NCBI GenBank assembly: GCA_023489275.1
Contig: JAMDDD010000009.1
Location: 436-64,435, forward strand
From: Actinomycetota bacterium
GTDB lineage: Bacteria > Actinomycetota > Thermoleophilia > BMS3ABIN01
Direction of reading: 5' to 3'
Length of the DNA stretch: 64,000 bases
The position numbers and the translations under genes are program-made. Under the pieces are notes generated by a model. That model had not been told where the DNA came from. It did no database searches and saw only the letters and a program-made list of their open reading frames with translations. This document shows, in pieces, positions 50,597 through 60,380 of this stretch (position 1 is the stretch's first letter; every line of letters starts with the position of its first letter).

Positions 50597-52153
50597 ATGA
50601 GCAAGGCGCATACGCATGAGGCCAGCATTGCGGGCAACGGGGCAATGCCTTCAGGTTCTGACGGCAACACCGTCAGCGTTTTCATCGCGATCCTTATCCT
50701 TGTTCCTGCCCTGGCGGTCACGCAGCTAGCGACCAATGACATCCAGGAAATCCAGGAAGTTCTATTCCTGGGATACTTCCTGCCGATCGCGATTGGTGCG
50801 CGTTACTTTAAGAGGCGGGGAGCCCTGATCTGCGGCGCGCTGGTAGTTGTCATATATACGGCAATCTTCATCCCCCGGCTGCTCACTCAATTTAATGTGC
50901 ATCAAGAACTGACGGTAGAGCTTTTCGGTCGCTTGTTCCTGTTCTCCGCCGCCGCCATATCCCTGAGTTCATTTCGGCTGGGTGTCTCGCGCGAGAAAGA
51001 AAAAGCATTGCTGGCGGAACGCGAAAGAGCTGACCGGCTGAAGATGATGCTGGACGTTTCCAATGCGGTTACATCTTCGCTTAAGATTGATCAGGTGCTG
51101 CAGCTGCTGGCGGTCAGGATTGTCGAAACTGTTGAGGCAACCTTTTGCCGGATATCATTGCTGAGCGAGGAGGGCGACCGGATGCGGGTCGTTGCGGCGG
51201 CGCCCGCACGCGAGCTGGATTGGGACGCTTGCACACGTAAATCTGTATCCCTGGCGGATTTGCCGGACCACCGTAAAACGATCGAGACAAAAGAAGCTGT
51301 GATCGTTGCGGGAAGACGAAAAGAGCCTTCACTTTCCCTGGGTCAGCTGGACGTCATGGGCGGAACCACTTCACTGCTCATTTACCCGCTGGTCGTCGGG
51401 GGAGAAGTGGTCGGCCTGGTAGAAATTGGCGAGCAAAGAAAATGGGAGCGAAGCCCGCTGAGCCAGGAAAAAGCGGATCTATGTCAGACGATCGTCAACG
51501 AGGGGGCGGTGGCCGTCGGGCACGCGCTTTCCCATAAAGAACTGGAAGACACCTTTGTGGGCACAATCCGGTCGCTGGCAGAGGCGATCGACGCCAAAGA
51601 CCCGTCGACCCGCGGCCATTCAGACTGGGTTTCAAAGTATGCAGTGATGCTGGGAAAGCAGCTTCATCTGGAGGAGCCGCGCCTGGAAGCACTCAAATAT
51701 GTCGGATACCTGCATGATGTGGGCAAGATTGGCGTTCCTGACTCAATCCTGGGAAAGAAAGGCCAGCTTACCCCCGAAGAGTGGAAGCTGATGAAAAAGC
51801 ATCCGATCACCAGCGCCAAGATTCTCGAGCCGGTCCGGATTTCTTCCTTAATCAAGGCCGCCATCCGCCACCATCATGAAAGATTCGACGGCAGGGGATA
51901 TCCCGATGGACTTGCCGGTGAATCGATTCCGCTGGAAGCGCGAATTATCGCGGTGGTCGATGCTTATGAAGCGATGACCTCGGATCGGCCTTACCGCAAG
52001 GCCCTCTCCGACGAGGAAGCCGTGGCTGAGCTCAAGCGGTGCTCGGGCACCCAGTTCGATCCCGCCTGCGTCGATGCTTTCCTGACGGCCCTGGGCCGGC
52101 TGCCGGATGCATTTAATGATCAGGCTGAAGACTATCCCGCCGTCGCCGGCTAG
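50597..52153 (+). CDS. membrane-anchored GAF + HD-GYP domain c-di-GMP phosphodiesterase-like protein
   Basis: HD motif YLHDVGKIGVPD and HHERFDGRGYPDGL (HD-GYP); N-terminal TM segments and GAF-like middle domain; track ORF starts 50498. Confidence 0.75.
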   Translation: MSKAHTHEASIAGNGAMPSGSDGNTVSVFIAILILVPALAVTQLATNDIQEIQEVLFLGYFLPIAIGARYFKRRGALICGALVVVIYTAIFIPRLLTQFNVHQELTVELFGRLFLFSAAAISLSSFRLGVSREKEKALLAERERADRLKMMLDVSNAVTSSLKIDQVLQLLAVRIVETVEATFCRISLLSEEGDRMRVVAAAPARELDWDACTRKSVSLADLPDHRKTIETKEAVIVAGRRKEPSLSLGQLDVMGGTTSLLIYPLVVGGEVVGLVEIGEQRKWERSPLSQEKADLCQTIVNEGAVAVGHALSHKELEDTFVGTIRSLAEAIDAKDPSTRGHSDWVSKYAVMLGKQLHLEEPRLEALKYVGYLHDVGKIGVPDSILGKKGQLTPEEWKLMKKHPITSAKILEPVRISSLIKAAIRHHHERFDGRGYPDGLAGESIPLEARIIAVVDAYEAMTSDRPYRKALSDEEAVAELKRCSGTQFDPACVDAFLTALGRLPDAFNDQAEDYPAVAG

Positions 52154-52169
52154 CGGCGAAGGGGCGTTT

Positions 52170-54110
52170 TCATCCCTGCTGCCTGTTGACTACCGCTTCC
52201 CGGCTGTTCTTTAGCAGTTTTAAAGAATGCAGGTAAAGCGGGCTCTTGCTGCTCCGGATGATGTCGGCGCCGCGCAAACTGGCAAGCAGTTCGGATGGCG
52301 TTTTAAACTGGTGCAGTGACAGCATCGCCGTGCCAACGCCCTGGGGTACATGGCAGTCGCTCCCCGCCCCTCCCGGAATGTCATATTTGAGCGCAAGCCG
52401 TTTTGCCTTTTCGTTAAATGACGTAAAAGTAATGCGAGGATTGTACACCTCGATGATGTCGATGTCGGCGGCATTGCTTGCCAGAAGCTTGTATGTCGGG
52501 GTCAGATGCAGCGGGTCGAACGGGTGGGGGACATAAACCAGTCCGCCCTGGTTCTTAATCTCCCTGATTGTTTCCTCGAAAGACAGGCCGCGGGGGATCT
52601 CCTCGGAAAGGTAGAGGCCGATAACCTCGCCACGTGTCGTCTTGATTTCCTCACCGATAATGACATGGATATGCGCGGGCGCTAAAGCGGCCACCGCCAG
52701 CGCGCCCTTGATCGTATTGTGGTCGGTGACGGCGATCGCTTCCAGACCGCACTCCTCACAGGCTGCCAGCAGCTCCTCGGGAGTGGTGGCGCAGTCGCTT
52801 GAGTAACAGGTATGGATGTGGAGGTCCGCCAGAATCATTTTGCTGCCGGTTTCCTGGATGGCCAGTTTCCCGGGGCGGTCCCGCCGGCGCTTGTGGGCTC
52901 GCCGGTAAATCCTTTCCACTTGTGTTGATATTTTTCCCCAGTCATGACGGCGTGCCCGGCGGGCGGCGGCGGCGCCCATGGACCGTCTATGCCGAGGATT
53001 AACCAATAAGTCAACCAGGTCAGCCGCCAGATTGTACGGGTAAGGGTGGTCAAGCAGGAGCCCTTCAAGGCCTTCGCTCACCAGCTCACGGAAACCGGCA
53101 TGAGCCGGCAGGATAACGCTGCTGCCCGAGGCCATCGCCTCCAGCACCGCGCTTGCCAGACTGGTGGCCGCGTACGGGGCGCAGAGAATCTCGCAGCGCC
53201 TGTATACGCCTGCCAGCCCGTCCGGCGGGATCGGGCCCTTAAACGATATCCGGTCGCGAAGGCGCCTGGGCACGATCAGATTGGCCCGCCAGGAAAGCTC
53301 TTCGCCGCCGGCAATGGCAAGCTCGAACCGGGGAATGTCGGTCGGGAGCATCCTGACCGCTCTCATGAGCAGCGCCAGACCCTTGCGAGGGTCTGTCCAG
53401 GCGGCAAAGATCACCAGCGGCGGCGCGGCCGGCCTTTCCTCTTCCTCGGGAAGAGAGAACCGGGAAAGGTCAATCCCCGTGGGAATAACGTCATAACCGG
53501 CCGGAAAGTAACCGGAAACGATCCTGCGCGTATTCTGCGAAGCGCAAATGCGGCCGTCCAGCCGCGAAAAAAACCGCTCGACGACCGGCCGCATCAGCTG
53601 GTAGCTGAGAAACCGCTCCCCGGAGGTATGGAAAGTCGCCACGGTGGGACACCTGGCCAGCCTCAGGCCGGCGAACGAAAGACTGGGGGGAAATGGCTCG
53701 TGCAGGTGGAGAATGTCAAACCGCTCCCGCGACAGGGTTTCCTCCATCTGATCGGTGACCTCCAGCGGCAGCGTCAGGTTCGCGAGCGAATCGCTGTAGG
53801 GCATCCGGAAAGTGCCGGAAATCCTGATCAGGCTCGCCCCCTCGACCTTGTCTCCGCCACGAGCGCGCTTTTCCGGCCCCCCCCTCCGGCCGGCCCCGGG
53901 CTTGCGCGCGGCGCGGCGCGCGGCTCTGGCTTTTTTTCTGGCGGCGCGCGCTTCCTCGCGCTCTTCGGCGGGGGCAATCACGGTAACGTCATGCCCCCGG
54001 GAGTCGAGCGATGAGGCCAGCCCCCTGACGTGACGGTTCACGCCCCAGACGGAGGTCCAGGGGTATGGCGTAACCAGCCCCACTTTAAGCTTTTCAGGGT
54101 CGCCGCTCAT
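52170..54110 (-). CDS. fusion protein: GT4 glycosyltransferase (N) + PHP-family phosphoesterase (C), with Arg/Ala-rich basic insert
   Basis: GT4 N-domain (KVGLVTPYPW...), GT1 C-domain (EAMASGSSVILPAHAGF), then PHP motifs ADLHIHTCYSSDC, AVTDHNT, YVPHPFD, GAGSDCH. Confidence 0.75.
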   Translation of the reverse strand: MSGDPEKLKVGLVTPYPWTSVWGVNRHVRGLASSLDSRGHDVTVIAPAEEREEARAARKKARAARRAARKPGAGRRGGPEKRARGGDKVEGASLIRISGTFRMPYSDSLANLTLPLEVTDQMEETLSRERFDILHLHEPFPPSLSFAGLRLARCPTVATFHTSGERFLSYQLMRPVVERFFSRLDGRICASQNTRRIVSGYFPAGYDVIPTGIDLSRFSLPEEEERPAAPPLVIFAAWTDPRKGLALLMRAVRMLPTDIPRFELAIAGGEELSWRANLIVPRRLRDRISFKGPIPPDGLAGVYRRCEILCAPYAATSLASAVLEAMASGSSVILPAHAGFRELVSEGLEGLLLDHPYPYNLAADLVDLLVNPRHRRSMGAAAARRARRHDWGKISTQVERIYRRAHKRRRDRPGKLAIQETGSKMILADLHIHTCYSSDCATTPEELLAACEECGLEAIAVTDHNTIKGALAVAALAPAHIHVIIGEEIKTTRGEVIGLYLSEEIPRGLSFEETIREIKNQGGLVYVPHPFDPLHLTPTYKLLASNAADIDIIEVYNPRITFTSFNEKAKRLALKYDIPGGAGSDCHVPQGVGTAMLSLHQFKTPSELLASLRGADIIRSSKSPLYLHSLKLLKNSREAVVNRQQG

Positions 54111-54303
54111 GCTTCACAGGTTAGTTAAAAGTCGTCAAGGTAGCAACAGGAAGGGCAACCAAAAAAAGCACGCCGACTCGCACTCGCCTTTGCCGCCAGC
54201 CAGCCAGTCCTGTCTTTCTTGATTTTCGCCGGATGCACCACAAAAAAGGGCCGCGGTCGGCGGCCCCTGGTTATCGGGAAGATAAGTTCCTGCTTCCCTT
54301 CTG

Positions 54304-54786
54304 TCATTTTTTCGCGGGAATCAGTAGTTGCGCTCCCGACAGAACGACAAGTACGCCGCCGGCGATAATGAAAAACCACGGCATTGTGCGCATCGGCAGC
54401 TGGTCGGCTTTCTGGAAGTTGTCAACGTTCTGATGCATGACGGTAACAACTGTGTTAAAATCCTTGCCCATCTTGTTCATCTGCTTGACGCCATTAGCAA
54501 TGCCCGGGAACTGCTGACCGATCATCTGATTCATCTGATCCGTGGTCATGTTCATTTGCTTGGCGAGCGCCGGGATCATCTTGTTGATGCCGTCCTGCAT
54601 GCCCGCGAATGTCCGCATGTACCCCTGGAACCTGGTGACATTTGGTTTGGTCAGCACCGGCTCAAAAGCTTTCATCATGTCGGCTCCTGCCGGCGCCCGG
54701 TCAAACATTTTATAACCGAATGGCGCCGCGATCAGTCCCAGACCGACAATAAGAATGATAACGGACAGTACCTTGCTGCTTGACAT
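54304..54786 (-). CDS. membrane protein with N- and C-terminal TM helices, unknown function
   Basis: 160 aa, Met/Gln-rich soluble middle; lies between MIPS and GT-PHP genes, same strand. Confidence 0.4.
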   Translation of the reverse strand: MSSSKVLSVIILIVGLGLIAAPFGYKMFDRAPAGADMMKAFEPVLTKPNVTRFQGYMRTFAGMQDGINKMIPALAKQMNMTTDQMNQMIGQQFPGIANGVKQMNKMGKDFNTVVTVMHQNVDNFQKADQLPMRTMPWFFIIAGGVLVVLSGAQLLIPAKK

Positions 54787-55021
54787 TCTGGCTCCTTTGG
54801 TTGTTTTTCCCGAAAAGAGAGTTACAAATGTAACTAACTCTTATTGGACATTATATTATTACGATAAGCCACAATGAAAGACCTTCCAAGGTTGGGGAGA
54901 TGACCGGGCAGCCGAAAGGAAGATTAATCCGGTTTGACCCATGGGAACGGAATACTGCCGCCGGGCGCGGAAAACGCCGCACCCAGCCTGCGGCCGTTGG
55001 TTGCTCCGGGCTTGCGCGGAG

Positions 55022-56113
55022 CTACTTCGACTTTGGCGCCGCTTTGCCGGCGATGAACTCCTCAGTCATGTTGCGGGCAATGTCGTCCGGATGCTGGATT
55101 GGCGGCGATTTCATGAAGTACGATGAGGGGCCCTCAAGCGTGCCGGAGATGCCGCGGTCCAGCGCCAGCTTGGCGCAGCGGACGGCGTCGATGACGATAC
55201 CGGCCGAGTTGGGTGAGTCGACGACCTCCAGCTTCAGCTCAATGTTGAGCGGGACATCGCCAAAGGAGCGGCCTTCCAGCCGGATGTAAGCCCATTTGCG
55301 GTCCTGCAGCCAGGCAACGTGATCGCTGGGACCGATGTGGACGTTGTCAGCGCCGATATCAAAGTCAAGCAGCGAGGTGACGGCGTTGGTCTTGGAAATC
55401 TTCTTGCTTTCGAGCCGTTCGCGCTCGAGCATGTTAAGAAAGTCGCTGTTGCCGCCCACGTTCAGCTGGCTGGTGCGCTCCAGCCGGACGCCGCGATCCT
55501 GCATGAGGCTGGCGAGAATGCGGTGAACGATCGTGGCTCCCACCTGGGATTTGATATCATCTCCGATAATTGGTAGTCCTTTTTCCTTAAAGCGCTGCTG
55601 CCAGTAGTCCTCCCGGCCGATAAAGACGGGGATGCAGTTGACCATGGCGCATCCCGCCGCCAGGATCTGCTCGGTATACCACTTGGTCGCTTCCTCGCTG
55701 CCGACGGGCAGATAGCTGACGACCACATCGGTTTGCGTTTCCTTGAGAATGCCGACGATGTCATCGGTCTTGCCGGGAGCCTTTTTGACAACCTGGGACA
55801 GGTATTTGCCGATGCCGTCGTGCGTCATTCCCCGCCCAACCTTGATGCCGGTGGCGGGCACGTCGGTGAATTTAACGGTGTTGTTGGGATGAGCAAAGAT
55901 GGCCTCCGACAGGTCCTTGCCGACCTTTCCCTGAACCACGTCAAAAGCAGCGACGAACTTGATGTTCTTGATGTGATAGCCGCCCAGATTGACGTGCATC
56001 AGGCCGGGCACCGTGTCGCCGGCCTTTGCTTTCTTGTAGTATTCGACCCCCTGGACGAAGGAAGAGGCGCAGTTTCCCACGCCGATAATCGCGACTCTGA
56101 CGTCATTGCTCAA
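55022..56113 (-). CDS. ino1: myo-inositol-3-phosphate synthase (bacterial/archaeal type)
   Basis: N-terminus [17 protein letters not shown]; ~364 aa; TTG start 8 nt after GGAGGTG (track ORF extends further upstream into the neighbouring gene). Confidence 0.85.
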   Translation of the reverse strand: MSNDVRVAIIGVGNCASSFVQGVEYYKKAKAGDTVPGLMHVNLGGYHIKNIKFVAAFDVVQGKVGKDLSEAIFAHPNNTVKFTDVPATGIKVGRGMTHDGIGKYLSQVVKKAPGKTDDIVGILKETQTDVVVSYLPVGSEEATKWYTEQILAAGCAMVNCIPVFIGREDYWQQRFKEKGLPIIGDDIKSQVGATIVHRILASLMQDRGVRLERTSQLNVGGNSDFLNMLERERLESKKISKTNAVTSLLDFDIGADNVHIGPSDHVAWLQDRKWAYIRLEGRSFGDVPLNIELKLEVVDSPNSAGIVIDAVRCAKLALDRGISGTLEGPSSYFMKSPPIQHPDDIARNMTEEFIAGKAAPKSK

Positions 56114-56184
56114 GGCACTGACACCTCCGGATAGTAAACAAGAATTTGTAGATTCCGCCGGCGGCGGGCTGCCCCGCCGGTATT

Positions 56185-56886
56185 TCACTCTTTGTCGCCA
56201 GCCGGAGCTTCCGCTTCGAGGAACCGGCGCCGCACGTGCAGGATCCGCTGCAGCACCGTCACGGCTGTAAGCACCGCTAGAATATACACCACCAGCGGCA
56301 GCACGCCAAATTTCTGCAGCAGCAGGCCGGCAATGAGGAGCACCAGCCGCTCCGGCCGGGTCATCAGCCCTACCTTGCAGTCCAGCCCCAGGGCCTCGGC
56401 GCGGGCGCGGGTGTAGCTGACGAGGAAAGAACCGATCATGGTGGCAAAGGTGGCGCCGACAACCCACAGGTTGCCACCTCTGGCGTAAACCAGGGCGATC
56501 GATGTGAGCACTGCGCCTTCGCCGACGCGGTCAAAGGTCGAATCAAGAAAGGCGCCCATCGGCGTAACGCGCTCGGACAACCGCGCCAAAGCGCCGTCCA
56601 GCATATCGAAGATGCTGCCGATGGCAAAGACAATGGCCGCCGTCACGTAACGACCGGTCCACACCAGCGGCGCCACACCCAGGGTCAGGATAAGCCCGAA
56701 GACGGTGAGCAGATTTGGCGAGATGCTCGTGCGGCCGATGATGGCGGTAACGGGGCTAAACAGCCGCCGCGCCTCGGTGCTGTAATAGTACCTCAGCTTT
56801 TCGATGTAAGGCATGTCCCTCAAAAAAGTCTCTCCGGCCGCCGCCCGCACCTCCGCCGGCCCGGCCGCCTCGGCAGATTCTAACAC
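56185..56886 (-). CDS. CDP-alcohol phosphatidyltransferase (phosphatidylinositol-phosphate synthase-like)
   Basis: Family motif D-x2-DG-x2-AR...G-x3-D-x3-D ([32 protein letters not shown]); start may be ATG 56814. Confidence 0.8.
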   Translation of the reverse strand: MLESAEAAGPAEVRAAAGETFLRDMPYIEKLRYYYSTEARRLFSPVTAIIGRTSISPNLLTVFGLILTLGVAPLVWTGRYVTAAIVFAIGSIFDMLDGALARLSERVTPMGAFLDSTFDRVGEGAVLTSIALVYARGGNLWVVGATFATMIGSFLVSYTRARAEALGLDCKVGLMTRPERLVLLIAGLLLQKFGVLPLVVYILAVLTAVTVLQRILHVRRRFLEAEAPAGDKE

Positions 56887-57076
56887 TTAGCCCTTGCTCC
56901 ATACCACCCACCGGGAAGGGCTGGGGCCGGCCTCATCTTTGTTTTCCCGGTTCTCTGCCCGTTTAATGATGGCGAGTCCGGGCTGATGAAACTTCGGAGC
57001 GAAAGAGCCGTCAATGGCGGTTGCTGGCCAGGCGGCGGAAAACAGGCGGCGGAAGCCGCGGGTCTTTGGTTTGGGA

Positions 57077-57841
57077 TCAGGAGACAGCGCGGCGGTAAAC
57101 CCGCGTGGCCCAGACAACGGCCAGCGCCGTCAATGGCACCATCACCAGGAAGCCCTCGGCGATGGTGGTGTTCCACAGATGGCCGGCAGCCAGGAGCCTG
57201 TCGCCCTCCACGACATAATACAGGGGATTGAAGTGCCCGATCACGCGCATCCAGGCAGGGCCCAGCTCCAGCGGCAGCAAGATGCCCGCCAGCAGCAGGA
57301 GCGGCAGGTTGATGCCGTTGACCACGGCAGCAAAACTGTTGATCTCCTTGGTGAGCAGCGCTACGGCTATGGAGAAGGAAGCAAACAGCACCATCAGCAG
57401 CGCCAGTAAAACGTAAGCAATCAGCAAACCGGCGATATGGATGGGAAAGCCAAAGGGCTCCGCCACGACGACAATCATGGTCATAAAGAAAAAGGTCCAT
57501 GTCAGACTCGACAGGATCGGGCCGATCAGCAACGCCAGGCGGCTTGCCGGCGTGACCCGGATCCGTTCGGTGTAGCCGGCCTGCAACTCAAAGATGGTGG
57601 AAAAGCCGGCGCTGGCGCCGCTCATAAAAGCCATCAGCGCCAGAATGCCGGGCAGGAAGATTTCCAGAACGTTGATGCCTGGTGGAAATTCGGACCCTCC
57701 CGGCAGGGACTTAAGCAGCGGCGTAAACAGCGCCAGATAAAGCAGCGGCGTCGAGAAGCTGATCGCCAGCCAAACCGGTACCCGGAACGTCTGGACGAAG
57801 CTGCGCCGGTAAAGCAGGGCGATGTCCCTCAGCGTTTTCAT
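57077..57841 (-). CDS. ABC-2 type transporter permease
   Basis: 254 aa, 6 TM, overlaps ATPase stop. Confidence 0.7.
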   Translation of the reverse strand: MKTLRDIALLYRRSFVQTFRVPVWLAISFSTPLLYLALFTPLLKSLPGGSEFPPGINVLEIFLPGILALMAFMSGASAGFSTIFELQAGYTERIRVTPASRLALLIGPILSSLTWTFFFMTMIVVVAEPFGFPIHIAGLLIAYVLLALLMVLFASFSIAVALLTKEINSFAAVVNGINLPLLLLAGILLPLELGPAWMRVIGHFNPLYYVVEGDRLLAAGHLWNTTIAEGFLVMVPLTALAVVWATRVYRRAVS

Positions 57842-58839
57842 TGCGGATCCTTCCCACCCGGCGGCTGGCCGGCGTCACGAAGGGATCTGCCCGTATAGCG
57901 CAGGAAGACATCGTCCAGCGTGGGCTCGGAAAGCGTGACCGTCTTAATGGTCATGCCGTTCTGGTCCAGCAACCGCAGGATTCGGGGCAGCGCCGTGACG
58001 CCGTCATCGACGTAAAGGCGCAGGTGATCGGATTCGGCGCTCACCTCTCGCACGAAATCCTGCTCTTGCAGGAGCCTCATTGCCCCCTCGGGCCCGGCGC
58101 CGTCGTCCTGGAGGCTGACGACAACGCTGTCGGCGGCAATTTGCTGTTTTAGCTGCCTGGAAGTGCCCTCGGCCACCAGCTGGCCGTGGTCCATGATCGC
58201 GAGGCGGTTGGAGAGGGCGTCCGCTTCTTCCAGGTAGTGTGTGGTCAGAAAAATTGTCGTGCCGGCCTCGCGCAGCTTGCTGATCTGCACCCACAGGTTG
58301 GCCCGGTTCTGCGGATCGAGGCCGGTAGTGGGCTCGTCCAGGAAGAGCACGTCCGGCCGGTGCATGATGCCCAGGGCGATATCCAGGCGCCGCCGCTGCC
58401 CGCCCGAATATGATTGAACCCTTCTTGACGCAAACTCCGCCAGGTCGAGCACTTCAATCAATTCGTCGGCCCGCCGCTCCGCTTCCCGCCGGCCCATACC
58501 GTAAAGCTCTCCCTGCAGGAGCAGGTCTTCCCGGCCGGTGGCGAGCCGGTCGCTGCCGCCGAGCTGGCTGACATAACCGATGCGCTGGCGCACTTGATGC
58601 GGGCTCTTGTGAACGTCAAATCCCGAGACCACCGCCCGGCCGCTTTCAATCGGCAGCAGCGTCGAGAGCATGCGGAGCGTGGTTGTCTTGCCGGCGCCGT
58701 TGGGACCCAGGAAGCCGAAGATCTCACCCGGCCAGATCTCCATGTCGATGCCGCGCACCGCCTCGATCTTTTCCTTGCGGGTCCGAAAAGTCTTGGTGAG
58801 GTCATGCGCCTCCAGCACCGGTTGTCCATTTGTGTTCAT
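57838..58839 (-). CDS. ABC transporter ATP-binding protein (DrrA-like, with C-terminal accessory domain)
   Basis: Walker A GPNGAGKTT, signature YSGGQRRRLDIALG, Walker B LFLDEPTTGLD. Confidence 0.85.
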   Translation of the reverse strand: MNTNGQPVLEAHDLTKTFRTRKEKIEAVRGIDMEIWPGEIFGFLGPNGAGKTTTLRMLSTLLPIESGRAVVSGFDVHKSPHQVRQRIGYVSQLGGSDRLATGREDLLLQGELYGMGRREAERRADELIEVLDLAEFASRRVQSYSGGQRRRLDIALGIMHRPDVLFLDEPTTGLDPQNRANLWVQISKLREAGTTIFLTTHYLEEADALSNRLAIMDHGQLVAEGTSRQLKQQIAADSVVVSLQDDGAGPEGAMRLLQEQDFVREVSAESDHLRLYVDDGVTALPRILRLLDQNGMTIKTVTLSEPTLDDVFLRYTGRSLRDAGQPPGGKDPQ

Positions 58840-58918
58840 TGCTTTAAAATAGTTAACATAAATTAAGAATCACAAAAATTAAATATTTTGATTATTAAAA
58901 TAATTAAATTTTTAACTA

Positions 58919-59398
58919 GTGTCAAGCCGGGATAAACCGTTTCAAAATTTGCGCATCGGACCGGCGGCCAGCACGCGATCGATCCTGTTCCATCAGGCTG
59001 TCGCGGATAAACTCGGCCTTAATCCTACCGATCATAAAATCCTGCTTTTTCTGTTCGACCGCCCCCGGGCCGCAGGCGAGCTGGCCCATCTTACCGGTCT
59101 TACCACTGGCGCGATGACGGCGGTAATTGACCGGCTGGAAAAAGCAGGCTATGTCCGCCGGGTTCACGACATGGAAGACCGGCGCCGCATCTACGTGGAG
59201 ATAATCCCTGAAAACGCAGCCAGAATTGTGGACCTGTTCCGGCCCCTGAGCCGGGCGATGGCGAAGCTGGAGTCAGGTTACTCGCCGGCGGAGCTGGATC
59301 TGATCCACGATTACCTCGAGCGCGCCGGCGAGGTGCTGTACCGGGAGACGCAAAGGCTGAGCCGGGTCAAGCCAGAGCCGCCGCTAAAATCCAAATAA
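58919..59398 (+). CDS. MarR-family transcriptional regulator
   Basis: wHTH core GELAHLTGLTTGAMTAVIDRLEKAGYVRR; divergent from the ABC operon across an AT-rich 80-bp spacer; GTG start. Confidence 0.8.
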   Translation: MSSRDKPFQNLRIGPAASTRSILFHQAVADKLGLNPTDHKILLFLFDRPRAAGELAHLTGLTTGAMTAVIDRLEKAGYVRRVHDMEDRRRIYVEIIPENAARIVDLFRPLSRAMAKLESGYSPAELDLIHDYLERAGEVLYRETQRLSRVKPEPPLKSK

Positions 59399-59498
59399 CT
59401 TTCTAATTTCCAGCATTTGCAAACTTGCATTCCTTGACAATTATATATAAATAAATAATTATGAGTTTATGTAATTTAGAGAACCCTGTTGCTCTGGC

Positions 59499-59858
59499 AT
59501 GGCGGCATTGACGAAAAATAACATCAAACGTGACAGGATAGAGCTTCTTAAGTTAATGGGCCATCCCTTGAGGATCCAGCTTCTGGAGAAGCTGATGGCG
59601 GGCGTCACCTGCGTCAGTGACTTTGAGGGTTTTTTTGACACGAGCCAGCCAAACATATCCCAGCATCTGGGGCTGCTCCGGCGGGCCGGCCTGATTGACT
59701 ATTACATGGATGGGCGGCTCAGGTGCTACTACCTGGTTGATCCGATCGTCCCGGATCTGCTGAAGCTGCTCAGGAAGGAATATGAAGAGGACCTGGAGCC
59801 GCCTGCCTGCTGCCCGGTTACCAAGACAGGAAAGTATCCTGGTGACCGGCAGCACTAA
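59499..59858 (+). CDS. ArsR/SmtB-family metalloregulator-like repressor
   Basis: HTH region LRIQLLEKLMAGVTCVSDF...ISQHLGLLRRAGLI; C-terminal Cys pair PPACCP. Confidence 0.75.
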   Translation: MAALTKNNIKRDRIELLKLMGHPLRIQLLEKLMAGVTCVSDFEGFFDTSQPNISQHLGLLRRAGLIDYYMDGRLRCYYLVDPIVPDLLKLLRKEYEEDLEPPACCPVTKTGKYPGDRQH

Positions 59859-59905
59859 GATTTAACAAATTTCAATTTCGTCACGAATGAAACTAGGGAG
59901 GGAAA

Positions 59906-60337
59906 ATGAGCGCAACAGAAAAAACCGGCAAATCCGTATCCATCATGTGTTTCCACGACGAAATGTGCCAGGTGTTCAACGCCTTGATGACGGCGCAAAG
60001 CCTGCTCCGGTCCGGCTCAAAGGTGGCCATCTTTTTTGGGTCGCGGGGGATTAACGCCGTTCACAGGGACAAGATCGACAAACTGGTGTGCCTGCCGGAC
60101 CAGCCCCAGGAAGTGCAGGACGCGGTGGTGAAAAAGATGGAAGAGATGGATCTGCCGGAGATCAGCCTGCTGATGGAGTCGCTCTACTATGAGGGGGCAA
60201 AGCTTCTGGCCTGTCCTCTCAACCTGAACGTCTTCGGCATGAGCAAGGACGACCTTGTGCTGGGCGTCACGGTGGCCGACCCCGCCACCTATTACAAGGA
60301 AGTAATGCTGGCAGCCGACATGAACCTGGCTTTTTGA
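59906..60337 (+). CDS. DsrE/DsrF-like family protein
   Basis: 143 aa; DsrE-like Rossmann-type pattern with Cys near N-terminus (SIMCFHDEMC) and LLACPLN; tentative. Confidence 0.45.
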   Translation: MSATEKTGKSVSIMCFHDEMCQVFNALMTAQSLLRSGSKVAIFFGSRGINAVHRDKIDKLVCLPDQPQEVQDAVVKKMEEMDLPEISLLMESLYYEGAKLLACPLNLNVFGMSKDDLVLGVTVADPATYYKEVMLAADMNLAF

Positions 60338-60380
60338 CCTGCTCAAACGTAAGCGATGGTAAGAAGAAAGGATTTGGCAG

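Noticed and set aside
56114-56467. N-terminal extension of the inositol-3-phosphate synthase ORF
   Set aside because: It overlaps the CDP-alcohol phosphatidyltransferase gene, whereas a TTG with a GGAGGTG RBS precedes the conserved [10 protein letters not shown] start.
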